A DNA stretch of 63,647 bases from an uncultured Muribaculaceae bacterium (GTDB lineage: Bacteria; Cyanobacteriota; Vampirovibrionia; Gastranaerophilales; Gastranaerophilaceae): NCBI GenBank assembly GCA_964383455.1, contig CAYLHN010000001.1, forward strand, positions 1 through 63,647. The letters run 5' to 3'. Below the pieces are notes generated by a model. The model worked only from the letters and a program-made list of their open reading frames with translations, searched no databases and was not told the origin of the DNA. The first letter of the stretch is position 1. Each line of letters begins with the position of its first letter. Positions 29,523 to 38,418 of this stretch are shown here, piece by piece. Position numbers and translations under genes: made by a program.

Positions 29523-30128
29523 ATGGCAAATATTATTAGTATATCAAGAATTTTTTTAGTTTTTATAGCGGTTGGACTTTTATATTTTAAAGATTATACA
29601 GGCGCATATATAGCTGCATTTGTTTTAACAGTTATAGCTTTTGCCTTAGACGGTCTTGACGGATATATTGCACGAAAGTTTCATGAAGAAAGTAAGCTAG
29701 GTGCAGTTTTAGATATAATGGGCGATAGAATTGCAGAATATGCGTATTGGATTATGTTTGCTCATTTAGGATGGATTCCGATTATATTTCCGTTAATTGT
29801 CGTTACGAGAGGCGTTGTAACTGATAGTTTAAGAAGTGTTGCTTTGGAACAAGGTTTAATACCTTTTGGCAAGGGTAGTATGCTTGATGATAAAGTTTGT
29901 CAATGGATATGTGGTTCAAAATTTATGAAAATAGGTTATGCAGTTGCAAAGGCTGTTGCATTTACGTTTTTAATTCTTGCATATACTCCCGGAATGCCTG
30001 CGATTACAGCTTGTATTATAGTTATATTTGGTGCTTTGGCTGCTGAATTGGCTATATTGTTATGTGTACTTCGCGGAATTCCTGTTGTGTTTGAAAGTAA
30101 AAAATTTTTTGTTAAAGAAGATAAATAA
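29523..30128 (+). CDS. CDP-alcohol phosphatidyltransferase family protein
   Basis: DGLDGYIARKFHEESKLGAVLDIMGDR matches D-G-x2-A-R-x8-G-x3-D-x3-D. I chose the ATG at 29523, which follows a ggaga SD. Confidence 0.8.
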   Translation: MANIISISRIFLVFIAVGLLYFKDYTGAYIAAFVLTVIAFALDGLDGYIARKFHEESKLGAVLDIMGDRIAEYAYWIMFAHLGWIPIIFPLIVVTRGVVTDSLRSVALEQGLIPFGKGSMLDDKVCQWICGSKFMKIGYAVAKAVAFTFLILAYTPGMPAITACIIVIFGALAAELAILLCVLRGIPVVFESKKFFVKEDK

Positions 30129-30595
30129 TGGAAACAATGAATATAAAATCTTTCAACATTGTTTTGTATGAACCTGAAATTCCGCAAAATACAGGAAATA
30201 TTGCACGTTTATGTGCTTGTACTGGAGCTAATTTGTATCTTGTTGGTAAATTAGGTTTTTCGCTTTCTGATAAGTATACAAAAAGAGCGGGGTTAGATTA
30301 TTGGGATAGTGTTAATATTCAGCGTGTAGACAATCTTGATGATTTAATAAGTCAATTTCCAAATTCAACTTTCTATTATCTGACTACAAAGTCCAAAGTA
30401 TCTTACTTTGATACAAAATTTAAAGAGGGTGATTTTTTGGTTTTTGGGCCCGAATCAAGAGGAATTCCTGAAGATATTTTATTTGCTGATGGTGCAAATT
30501 CTATAACTATACCGATGAAGGAAGGTCAGCGCAGTTTAAATTTGTCTAATTCGGTGGCAATTGTTTTGTATGAAGCAATAAGACAGGCAGGTTAA
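30128..30595 (+). CDS. trmL: tRNA (cytidine/uridine-2'-O)-methyltransferase TrmL (SpoU/TrmH family)
   Basis: 155 aa with IVLYEPEIPQNTGNIARLC...LVFGPESRGIP...SLNLSNSVAIVLYEA. Confidence 0.85.
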   Translation: METMNIKSFNIVLYEPEIPQNTGNIARLCACTGANLYLVGKLGFSLSDKYTKRAGLDYWDSVNIQRVDNLDDLISQFPNSTFYYLTTKSKVSYFDTKFKEGDFLVFGPESRGIPEDILFADGANSITIPMKEGQRSLNLSNSVAIVLYEAIRQAG

Positions 30596-30596
30596 A

Positions 30597-31415
30597 ATGG
30601 AAGATTTTATATTACCTGAACGTCCTGAAAACTCAAATAAATCAACCTTTGGAAAAGTATTAAATATTGCGGGTTCTCCAAATTATTCAGGTGCTGCATA
30701 TTTATCCAGTGTATCTGCGTTGAAAGTCGGATGTGGATATGTTGCTCTTTCAAGTTCGCAGAGTGTCCTTCAAACTGTTGCTAATAAAACTCCTGATATT
30801 GTTCTTGTTCCGATTAAACAAGTTAAAAATGTTTTAAAAAATTATGATGTAGTTTCATTTGGATGCGGTTTTTCAACGGAGGCGCCTTCTATTATAATGT
30901 TTAAAGCTATAATGACAGAATTGGCAATTCTTGATAAACCTGTAGTTTTAGATGCAGATGGCTTAAATTTATTATCAAAATTTAAAAGAATTATTTTACC
31001 TGATAAATTAATTTTAACTCCCCATCCAAAAGAAGCTGCAAGACTTTTAGATTGTTCTTTGGATGAAATTCTTGCAGAGCCTGAAAAAGCTGCGGAAAAT
31101 ATTTCTTTAGATTACAAATGTACAACAGTTTTAAAGGGACATAACACGATTGTTTGTTCGAAACATTTGAGAAAATATATTAATACAACAGGCAATTCCG
31201 CACTTGCAAAAGCAGGAACGGGTGATGTTTTATGCGGTATGATTGCAGGTTTTTTGGCACAAGGGATGAAAAGATTTGATGCTGCAAAATTGGCTGTATA
31301 TTTGCACGGCCTTGCAGGAGAATTGGCAAGTGAGGATTTAACTGAATACTCAATGCTGGCATCTGATTTGTTAAATTATATTCCAAAAGCAATAAAAACA
31401 ATTAGTAAGGACTAA
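30597..31415 (+). CDS. nnrD: ADP-dependent NAD(P)H-hydrate dehydratase (YjeF C-terminal domain)
   Basis: Motifs KSTFGKVLNIAGS, LTPHPKEAARL and GNSALAKAGTGDVLCGMIAG. Confidence 0.85.
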   Translation: MEDFILPERPENSNKSTFGKVLNIAGSPNYSGAAYLSSVSALKVGCGYVALSSSQSVLQTVANKTPDIVLVPIKQVKNVLKNYDVVSFGCGFSTEAPSIIMFKAIMTELAILDKPVVLDADGLNLLSKFKRIILPDKLILTPHPKEAARLLDCSLDEILAEPEKAAENISLDYKCTTVLKGHNTIVCSKHLRKYINTTGNSALAKAGTGDVLCGMIAGFLAQGMKRFDAAKLAVYLHGLAGELASEDLTEYSMLASDLLNYIPKAIKTISKD

Positions 31416-32532
31416 TCTGTCCCATAACAACAGATTTTGATGCTCCTGTACAGGCCGGAACATTGTTTGGAATGTTGTAATAAGTGCAGTATCCTAAAAG
31501 AGCAAATGCCATGACTTCTTTAAAATTATTAGAAATTCCGTAATCTTCATGGGTTTTTACGGGCGTGTTATTTAAAAATTTTTGAAGATATTTTTTTAAG
31601 GTTGGATTATATGCGCCGCCTCCGCCAAGTATTACTTCATCTATTGATGTGTTTGGAAAAACAAACCTTTCGTATGCCTGAGCGATTGTTTTGGCAGTCA
31701 GTGCTGTAACAGTCGCGATAATATCATATTTGTTATCAGGTGCTGATTTTAATGCATTTTCAATATATATATTAGAAAAATATTCTCTGCCTGTTGTTTT
31801 AGGTGGTTCAATAAAATAATATTCATCTGAGAGTAAGCAATTTAACCAGCTGTAGCAAATATTTCCTTTTGATGCGAGTTCGCCGTCTTTGTCGTATGGT
31901 TGATTAAAGAATTTTTGAGCGCAATAATCTATCATTATATTGCCAAGTCCGGTATCGAATCCAAAAGTTGCATAATCCTTTGAAATTACTGTCACGTTTG
32001 ATATTCCGCCTATGTTTTGAACAGCAATATTTTTGTTTAAAGGCTTAAACCATGTTTCATCAGCAAAACAAACTAAAGGTGCACCGTTACCTCCTTGTGC
32101 CATATCAGCCGTTCTAAAATTTGCGATTGTTGTACATTCGGTCTTTTGCGCAATAACAGACGGGTCTCCAATTTGTAATGTACTTTTTTCACTTATACCG
32201 GCAATTTTTGTATCTTTTGGGTAGTGAAAAATGGTTTGTCCGTGAGAAGATATAAAATCAGGTTTTCCGTGGCGTTTTATCATTTCATTTGCTGCATTTG
32301 CAAAACAGTGGCCTATTACGAAATTCATTTTACAAATATCTTCAGTTTTTGGACTTCCATAAAATATGTCAAAAATTTTATTACGAATTTCTTTAGGATA
32401 TTCGTAATTTAATCCGTCTATGAGTGTACAGCTTAAGTCAGGTTTTACAAGACAAAGCCCAACGTCTATTGAATCACATGATGTTCCTGACATCATTGAT
32501 ATTATTTTTTTAGAAGTTTTATTCTGTTCCAT
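31402..32532 (-). CDS. anmK: Anhydro-N-acetylmuramic acid kinase
   Basis: IISMMSGTSCDSIDV N-terminus with NIGGISN and GGGAYNP motifs. Confidence 0.9.
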   Translation of the reverse strand: MEQNKTSKKIISMMSGTSCDSIDVGLCLVKPDLSCTLIDGLNYEYPKEIRNKIFDIFYGSPKTEDICKMNFVIGHCFANAANEMIKRHGKPDFISSHGQTIFHYPKDTKIAGISEKSTLQIGDPSVIAQKTECTTIANFRTADMAQGGNGAPLVCFADETWFKPLNKNIAVQNIGGISNVTVISKDYATFGFDTGLGNIMIDYCAQKFFNQPYDKDGELASKGNICYSWLNCLLSDEYYFIEPPKTTGREYFSNIYIENALKSAPDNKYDIIATVTALTAKTIAQAYERFVFPNTSIDEVILGGGGAYNPTLKKYLQKFLNNTPVKTHEDYGISNNFKEVMAFALLGYCTYYNIPNNVPACTGASKSVVMGQISPY

Positions 32533-32548
32533 TCCTTTATTATAAGAA

Positions 32549-32764
32549 AAAACTTGCCTTTCGGCAAGTTTTCCTAAACTATCAAATCATCCCAAATTAT
32601 GTAGTTTATCTTTTAATATTTTAAATCTTTTTTAATTTCGCTATTTGTAAAATCTAATTTCTAATTCCTAAGTTTTTAAATATTCAACATCCCTAATACT
32701 TTTAAGTTTTGCCACCACCCCTTTTCGTCAGCTAGCCCTATATCTTTTCCCTTTGTCTTTTAAC
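32549..32764 (-). ncRNA. Candidate GGA-rich sRNA or anmK 5' leader, ending in a GNRA-capped intrinsic terminator
   Basis: On the minus strand, TTGTAA (32794-32799), a 17-nt spacer and TAAGAT (32771-32776) lie upstream. The body carries GGGA/GGA motifs in AT-rich sequence. The terminator AAAACTTGCC-GAAA-GGCAAGTTTT plus U-run (32549-32572) ends 16 nt before the anmK ATG. Confidence 0.3.
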
Positions 32765-32828
32765 ACTATTATCTTAGATTGATGTGGCATGATTTACAAG
32801 TAACGTTTTTATCATGAAAATTTTACAA

Positions 32829-32871
32829 TTAACCATGCCCCTTAGCCTAACTGGCTAAGGGGCATGGTTAA
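32829..32871 (-). terminator. Perfect 19-bp hairpin (ttaaccatgccccttagcc / ggctaaggggcatggttaa, 5-nt loop)
   Basis: It lies about 95 nt downstream of the stop of the GT39 gene on the minus strand, where it is followed by ttgtaaaatttt. Confidence 0.6.
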
Positions 32872-32965
32872 TAATCTTAATGAAGATATTTTAATGAATT
32901 TAAGTAAAAGCATGGTCATTTGAGCATTGACAAATGATTTTTACAGTAAAATGTGTGTTAATAGT

Positions 32966-34702
32966 TTATTTTATCCACATGATTTTTTTACTTTTTTCCG
33001 GAATATCTTTATTAATATACAGCGAATATGTTTTACCTTTTTCTATCAGGTATAAATATCTGTCAAGGCGATATTGATAATTATACCTTTGAACTTGTTT
33101 ATTTTTAACAATTACATAAGTAGGATCACTGGAATTATTAATAATTTCATATAGTTTTACAAAATCATCGTCTGTAATAAAGTATACATATGAGCCGAAA
33201 TTAATTTTTGTACTTGGTTTAACTGCAAAATCAAATGTTACCAATCTTGAGTTATGTGCATTTGCATAATTTGAAAATAATACAAGTTCATTTTCTCCGC
33301 CTGCATATATCAAACTGAATAAATTTGTTACGGCAAATGTTATTACAAACAACATTAAAACTACATACCCTGAGAAAATGGATAAAGTTTCTTTTGTTTG
33401 CAGTTTTATTAATAAGTACATGCCAACTAATGCACATCCGATTAGTACGCTATATTTAAAGGAACTAACCAGTTCAATTATTTCTGACGGTAAAAATATA
33501 AAGGCAATGGATGCAAACAGTGCTGCGAAAATAAAAATTATTGCAATCAAATAAGTAGAAATTGTTATGATTTGTTCATTTTCATCTTTTGTTTTGCACC
33601 AGAAAAAGCCTGTTAAAAGTGCTGCTGCAGGTAGTGCAGGTAGTATATATGTAGGTAATTTTGTACTTGATATACTCATTACTCCAAATACAACAATGAA
33701 AAATAATGACAAATAGAGTAATAATTCTTGTTCAGAGTTGTTTGGTTTTATTACCTGATAAAAACGTTGATAAAATTTACCTTCAAGTGTTTTGAATTTT
33801 ACGTACAGTTTTTTAAATTCTTTTATTAACGCTGCAATAAATATGAATGTCCAAGGCATAAATGCAACTATAAATACAGGTATAAAATAAAACAATCCGT
33901 GTTTTCTGCCTAAATTTTCAGAAGTAAGGAGTCTTGCAAAGTGATGTTTTACAAAATATTCATGAACAAAAGGCCATCCGTAATCTTTAAACATTATAAG
34001 GTGCCAAGGTAAAGATATGAATAAGAATATTAATAGTCCAACTATAAAATTTGCAGGTTTGAAAAATTCATTTAATTTTCGTGTTATTAATCCATAAGTA
34101 AAAATTACAACTAAAGGAATAGCAATTGCAAGGATACCTTTAGCTAAAAATCCAAGTCCTGAAAATGTCCAAAATCCCCACCAACAGTATTTTTTATAAG
34201 AAGGTTGAACTTTTCCTGCTAAGAATGCGCAGTAAAGTGCACTTGCAAGAAAAACTGTCAAAACCATATCTAATATTGCCACATGTGAAAGCATTAAAAA
34301 GAATACGCTTGTAAGTAGTATTATTGCTGATAAAAGTCCAAATTTTCTTGATAAAACTTTTTTTCCAAACGCGTAAGTGAAAAATATTAAAAATGTAGAT
34401 ATAAGTGCAATTGGAAATCTTACTGCAAATTCATTGAATTTTCCAAATACTTTTATAGAGAATGCTACCATCCAAAAATATAAAGGAGGTTTTTCAAAGA
34501 ACGGAATCGAATTTAATTGTAACAAGTTCCAATTTCCTGATTGTAGTAAATCTCTTGACATTATTGCATATCTGGTTTCATCAACATCCAGTAAAGGATA
34601 AAAGTTTAACCCTAAAAATAAAAATATTCCGCATAGAACAGTTAGAAGTAGAATTGCACATAATTCAGGATGTGCTTCTTTAAATTGATTTATTTTATTC
34701 AT
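32966..34702 (-). CDS. GT39/ArnT-like membrane glycosyltransferase
   Basis: LLDVDETRYAIMSRDLLQSGNWNLLQLNSIPFFEKPPLYFW is the DE-x-RY and PPL signature of the ArnT/PMT family. At least ten TM helices. Confidence 0.8.
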   Translation of the reverse strand: MNKINQFKEAHPELCAILLLTVLCGIFLFLGLNFYPLLDVDETRYAIMSRDLLQSGNWNLLQLNSIPFFEKPPLYFWMVAFSIKVFGKFNEFAVRFPIALISTFLIFFTYAFGKKVLSRKFGLLSAIILLTSVFFLMLSHVAILDMVLTVFLASALYCAFLAGKVQPSYKKYCWWGFWTFSGLGFLAKGILAIAIPLVVIFTYGLITRKLNEFFKPANFIVGLLIFLFISLPWHLIMFKDYGWPFVHEYFVKHHFARLLTSENLGRKHGLFYFIPVFIVAFMPWTFIFIAALIKEFKKLYVKFKTLEGKFYQRFYQVIKPNNSEQELLLYLSLFFIVVFGVMSISSTKLPTYILPALPAAALLTGFFWCKTKDENEQIITISTYLIAIIFIFAALFASIAFIFLPSEIIELVSSFKYSVLIGCALVGMYLLIKLQTKETLSIFSGYVVLMLFVITFAVTNLFSLIYAGGENELVLFSNYANAHNSRLVTFDFAVKPSTKINFGSYVYFITDDDFVKLYEIINNSSDPTYVIVKNKQVQRYNYQYRLDRYLYLIEKGKTYSLYINKDIPEKSKKIMWIK

Positions 34703-34772
34703 TTATTGTCTCCCGATAATTACTTGTGTTATAATAATCCCAGTTTAGCACATAAGGAATTTTATATCAAAA

Positions 34773-35576
34773 ATGCAAAGATTGTTTAACATTTTTTTAT
34801 TAATTATCTGTTTATGTTTTTTTGTCCCGCTTACAGAAGCAAAAGAAATAAAATTTATACAAATTTCTGATTTAAGTTTTAATTCAGATGAAAACTCAGT
34901 TGAAAATTACAAAAAAGCAGTAAACAAAATAAATAAAACAAAGGATTTAGATTTTGTTGTTTTTACCGGTGGTAATCTTGCGTTTTCAAATGCTGATTTG
35001 TTAAAAGAATTTTTAAAAATAAGTAAAAAAATAAAACGTCCGTATTATATACAAATAGGTACAAGTGATTGTCAAAAAAATCAAGGAATTACTAAAGAAA
35101 AATACATTAAACTTTTGAATAAATATTCTAACAGGCATTATAAGTCTTTTAACTATGTTGTAAAAAAAGGTAATGTTGTTCTTGTTTTTGTTGACGGAAG
35201 TAAACAATTTATACCTACAACAGGCTATTATAAAGCAGATACGGTGATTTGGCTTGATAAAGTGCTTACAAAATACGAAGATAAAAATATTGTGATTTTT
35301 CAATATTTCCCATTATATAAAGCAGATGCCACCGTAAATACTCATTTACACAAGCCCGATATATATTTTGATGTGTTGAAAAAGCACAAGAACGTAATAG
35401 CCGTATTTTCAGGTGCATTAAACGGTACATTTTATGACGTATATGAAGACAATGTACTTCATTCAACTGCAAAACCCGCTTATGTAAATTCTTCAAATTA
35501 CAAAGAAATTTACTTGAATGATAACGACGGCGGCAAATACGAAATTTATATGAAAGATGTTGATTTTAATTATTAA
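34773..35576 (+). CDS. Secreted protein with degenerate calcineurin-like metallophosphoesterase pattern
   Basis: Signal peptide present. IQISDLSF, VFTGGNL and IGTSDC occupy the positions of the DxH, GD and GNHD motifs but are substituted. Confidence 0.4.
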   Translation: MQRLFNIFLLIICLCFFVPLTEAKEIKFIQISDLSFNSDENSVENYKKAVNKINKTKDLDFVVFTGGNLAFSNADLLKEFLKISKKIKRPYYIQIGTSDCQKNQGITKEKYIKLLNKYSNRHYKSFNYVVKKGNVVLVFVDGSKQFIPTTGYYKADTVIWLDKVLTKYEDKNIVIFQYFPLYKADATVNTHLHKPDIYFDVLKKHKNVIAVFSGALNGTFYDVYEDNVLHSTAKPAYVNSSNYKEIYLNDNDGGKYEIYMKDVDFNY

Positions 35577-37225
35577 CCTTTAAAATCTTGTCCGCCTACA
35601 ATTTTTAAGTGGCGTTCAGAACCTTCGCCGATACTTTCACTTTCAAGGTTATGCTGTTCAACAAGTTCGTGCTGCAATTTTCTAATCTGTTGATTTTGAG
35701 GTGAAAGCTCAATATTTCTCGCACCTGCCAAAATTTTATCTATTGCGGCTTTTGCTTCGTCTAAAGCTTTTTCTGCGTCGTCATAGTAACCTTGAAGTGC
35801 TTGAGAAGATTCTCTAATATCAAGGGCTTCTTTTACAACTTTCTGTATTTGAGCCATTGAATTTGTTTTTATATAGAATATCTGAAGACGATAGTTATTT
35901 GCTGTACTTAAAATTTTAGCACCGCCTTTTGCAAAGTTTTTATGAGCAATGACCAAATCAGCCTCGTCAATGTTTTTTGTTATTTCCGCATTTAAATCAA
36001 GTCGTTCTATAATTTTTTCAACAATTGAACGTGATACTGCATACAAATATATTTTTTTGAATTTTTTAGCTTCTTTAACATAATCTTTTCTGTTAAAACT
36101 AAATTTTAATCTGTCAGAAGGGTCTTGCTGCGTAAGCTTTTTATCAACTTCATTGATTTTATCAATTATTTGTTGATTTGTTTCTTTTGGCGGTTCAACA
36201 GGAACTAAATGTTCTTCTTCTTTTATTTCTGCCGGTTTATTGTCGTAAGTTTTATCAACTTTTCTTATTTCGGGACGTATTGGCCAGCCTCTAAGAATGT
36301 AATCAACGGCTTCAGAGGCGTCTTTATACACTGCAAGAGTGTTTCTGTCAAGAATTTCAATAACAATGTCAAATGTCGGTTGTTTTTCTCTTTCTAAAAC
36401 TGTCTTTTGAGATGCTCTTCTTTTAGCTTCATCATCACCAAGAGTAACAGACTGAATACCGCCGACTAAATCTGATAAAGCAGGGTTTTTAATTAAATTT
36501 TCAAGGCTTTGACCGTGTGCGGTTGCGATTAACATAACTCCGCGTTCTGCAATAGTTCTTGCTGCCTGGGCTTCTTCTTCCGTACCTATTTCATCAACTA
36601 CAATGACTTCAGGAGTATGATTTTCAACTGCTTCAATCATAATATCTTTTTGAAATTCAGGCTGACGAACCTGCATTCTTCTTGCTTTACCTATGGCAGG
36701 ATGAGGGGTATCTCCATCGCCTGCAATTTCATTAGATGTATCAACAATAACAACTCTTTTTCCGAGCTCATCCGCAACGAGTCTTGAAATTTCTCTTAAT
36801 TTAGTAGTTTTACCAACCCCCGGACGTCCAAGAAATAATATACTTTTCCCTTGCATAACAAAATCTTTTATGCAGGCAATTGTTCCTGTTACTACACGAC
36901 CTATTCTGCAAGTTAAACCTATAACACGACCTTGACGATTTCTAATTGCACTTATCCTGTGTAAAGTTCCCTCTATTCCCGAGCGATTATCAGAAGTAAA
37001 TTCTTGAATTCTTTCTGTTACATAATCCAAATCGGCGTATTCTATAGGTGCGCAATTTAGACTATCTATTTTACCGCTTGCATGGCGAATTTCCGGAAGT
37101 CTGCCTATATCAAGGACAATTTCTATAACGTCAGAAAAAGAATCATGAGTTACTAATTTTGTAACTTTTGGAGGCAAAACATCAATTAATCTGTCGAGGT
37201 CATTTTGAAATTGAATGTCGTTCAT
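35573..37225 (-). CDS. Ycf45/SpoIIIAA-family AAA ATPase
   Basis: Walker A GRPGVGKTT, Walker B VIVVDEIG, and ATAHG. The long C-terminal extension matches cyanobacterial/plastid Ycf45-type proteins as I recall them. Confidence 0.75.
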   Translation of the reverse strand: MNDIQFQNDLDRLIDVLPPKVTKLVTHDSFSDVIEIVLDIGRLPEIRHASGKIDSLNCAPIEYADLDYVTERIQEFTSDNRSGIEGTLHRISAIRNRQGRVIGLTCRIGRVVTGTIACIKDFVMQGKSILFLGRPGVGKTTKLREISRLVADELGKRVVIVDTSNEIAGDGDTPHPAIGKARRMQVRQPEFQKDIMIEAVENHTPEVIVVDEIGTEEEAQAARTIAERGVMLIATAHGQSLENLIKNPALSDLVGGIQSVTLGDDEAKRRASQKTVLEREKQPTFDIVIEILDRNTLAVYKDASEAVDYILRGWPIRPEIRKVDKTYDNKPAEIKEEEHLVPVEPPKETNQQIIDKINEVDKKLTQQDPSDRLKFSFNRKDYVKEAKKFKKIYLYAVSRSIVEKIIERLDLNAEITKNIDEADLVIAHKNFAKGGAKILSTANNYRLQIFYIKTNSMAQIQKVVKEALDIRESSQALQGYYDDAEKALDEAKAAIDKILAGARNIELSPQNQQIRKLQHELVEQHNLESESIGEGSERHLKIVGGQDFKG

Positions 37226-37466
37226 TTATTCCTTTTGTGTGTACCTGAATTGTTTTCAATAGTATAATACCACTTTTTCATTATCAATTATCAACTTTTA
37301 GAGTTGAAAAATCTTTGATGTAATAAATCTTTACAATATTTTTTATATTAATTATGTCAATATGATTAAAAAAATTCATGATTTGCATGATTGATAAAAA
37401 TATGTTATGATAAGGTTATTATAATGAATTATTTTTAGGTTAACATTTATGAGAAATGGAGATTTC

Positions 37467-38186
37467 ATGAAAAAATTTTATTTAGCGAAAATGTACAAAG
37501 CTTTTACTCTTGCCGAGATTCTTGTTGTTATCTTGATTATAGGTATTGTGGCAGCATTAACACTTCCTCAGTTGGCCGATGTATCTACAGATAAGGAAAC
37601 AGTTTCAAAAGTACAAAAGAATTACGCGGCAATAACTGATGCGTTTGGTCGTGCAGAAGCAAATTATGGCCCTATTACAGAATGGTTTAGCGGTATGGAT
37701 CAAGATATACCCGGCGCATCACAAAAATTTGGAGAAAGACTTTTGGAATATATGAAAGTTTCTCAAGTTTGCGGTCAAGAGTCAGGCTGTATTGCAGATG
37801 CTCCGTTGTTGAACCCTCCCGGTGAATTTTTGATACCAAGTTTTTTGGGATATTTACAATCAACAGGCGCATATATGGCGAAATTGGCAGACGGAACATC
37901 TATTGCATTTAGATTTGAAGGGCAGGTTTGTCGTATTGGTATTGACGTTGACGGCCCGACAACAGGTGAAAATCAACAAGGTGTTGATGTATTTGAATTT
38001 AGTATAGGTCTTGACAGCGGTTCAAATGTTTATAGATACAGAGAAGTTCTTCCTTCTGCAGGCGGTTTGAATTGGACAGGCAACAGAGTTTCAGAATATG
38101 CAACAGCATGGGTTATTATGAATGGAAATTTAGATTACCTAAACTGTGGCGGCTTAAATTGGGAAACAAAAATAAGTTGTAAATAA
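37467..38186 (+). CDS. Prepilin-type N-terminal cleavage/methylation domain protein (type IV pilin/pseudopilin-like)
   Basis: MKKFYLAKMYKA|FTLAEILVVILIIGIVAALTLPQL with a GGAG SD before the ATG at 37467. The C-terminal NGNLDYLNCGGLNWETKISCK is shared with 27-797. Confidence 0.8.
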   Translation: MKKFYLAKMYKAFTLAEILVVILIIGIVAALTLPQLADVSTDKETVSKVQKNYAAITDAFGRAEANYGPITEWFSGMDQDIPGASQKFGERLLEYMKVSQVCGQESGCIADAPLLNPPGEFLIPSFLGYLQSTGAYMAKLADGTSIAFRFEGQVCRIGIDVDGPTTGENQQGVDVFEFSIGLDSGSNVYRYREVLPSAGGLNWTGNRVSEYATAWVIMNGNLDYLNCGGLNWETKISCK

Positions 38187-38199
38187 TTTTAAAATATTT

Positions 38200-38238
38200 A
38201 AAATCGGGGCTCAAATTATTCATTTGAGCCCCGATTTT
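38200..38238 (+). terminator. Rho-independent terminator aaaatcggggctcaa...ttgagccccgatttt
   Basis: Perfect GC-rich stem plus T-run directly after the pilin gene. Confidence 0.85.
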
Positions 38239-38418
38239 GCAGGTTTATGGTTTTTTGAGTTTAGATTAAAATCATAGTAAATTTTTGTAACAAAACTTTG
38301 CATTTGATTAAAAAATATACTATAATAAGATACAGAAAAAGGAATAAAATCTTTTTAGTGTCAATTTTTTTTATTTAGGTGTTTTAATAATTACATAGGG
38401 TAAATTAGGATTTATAAC

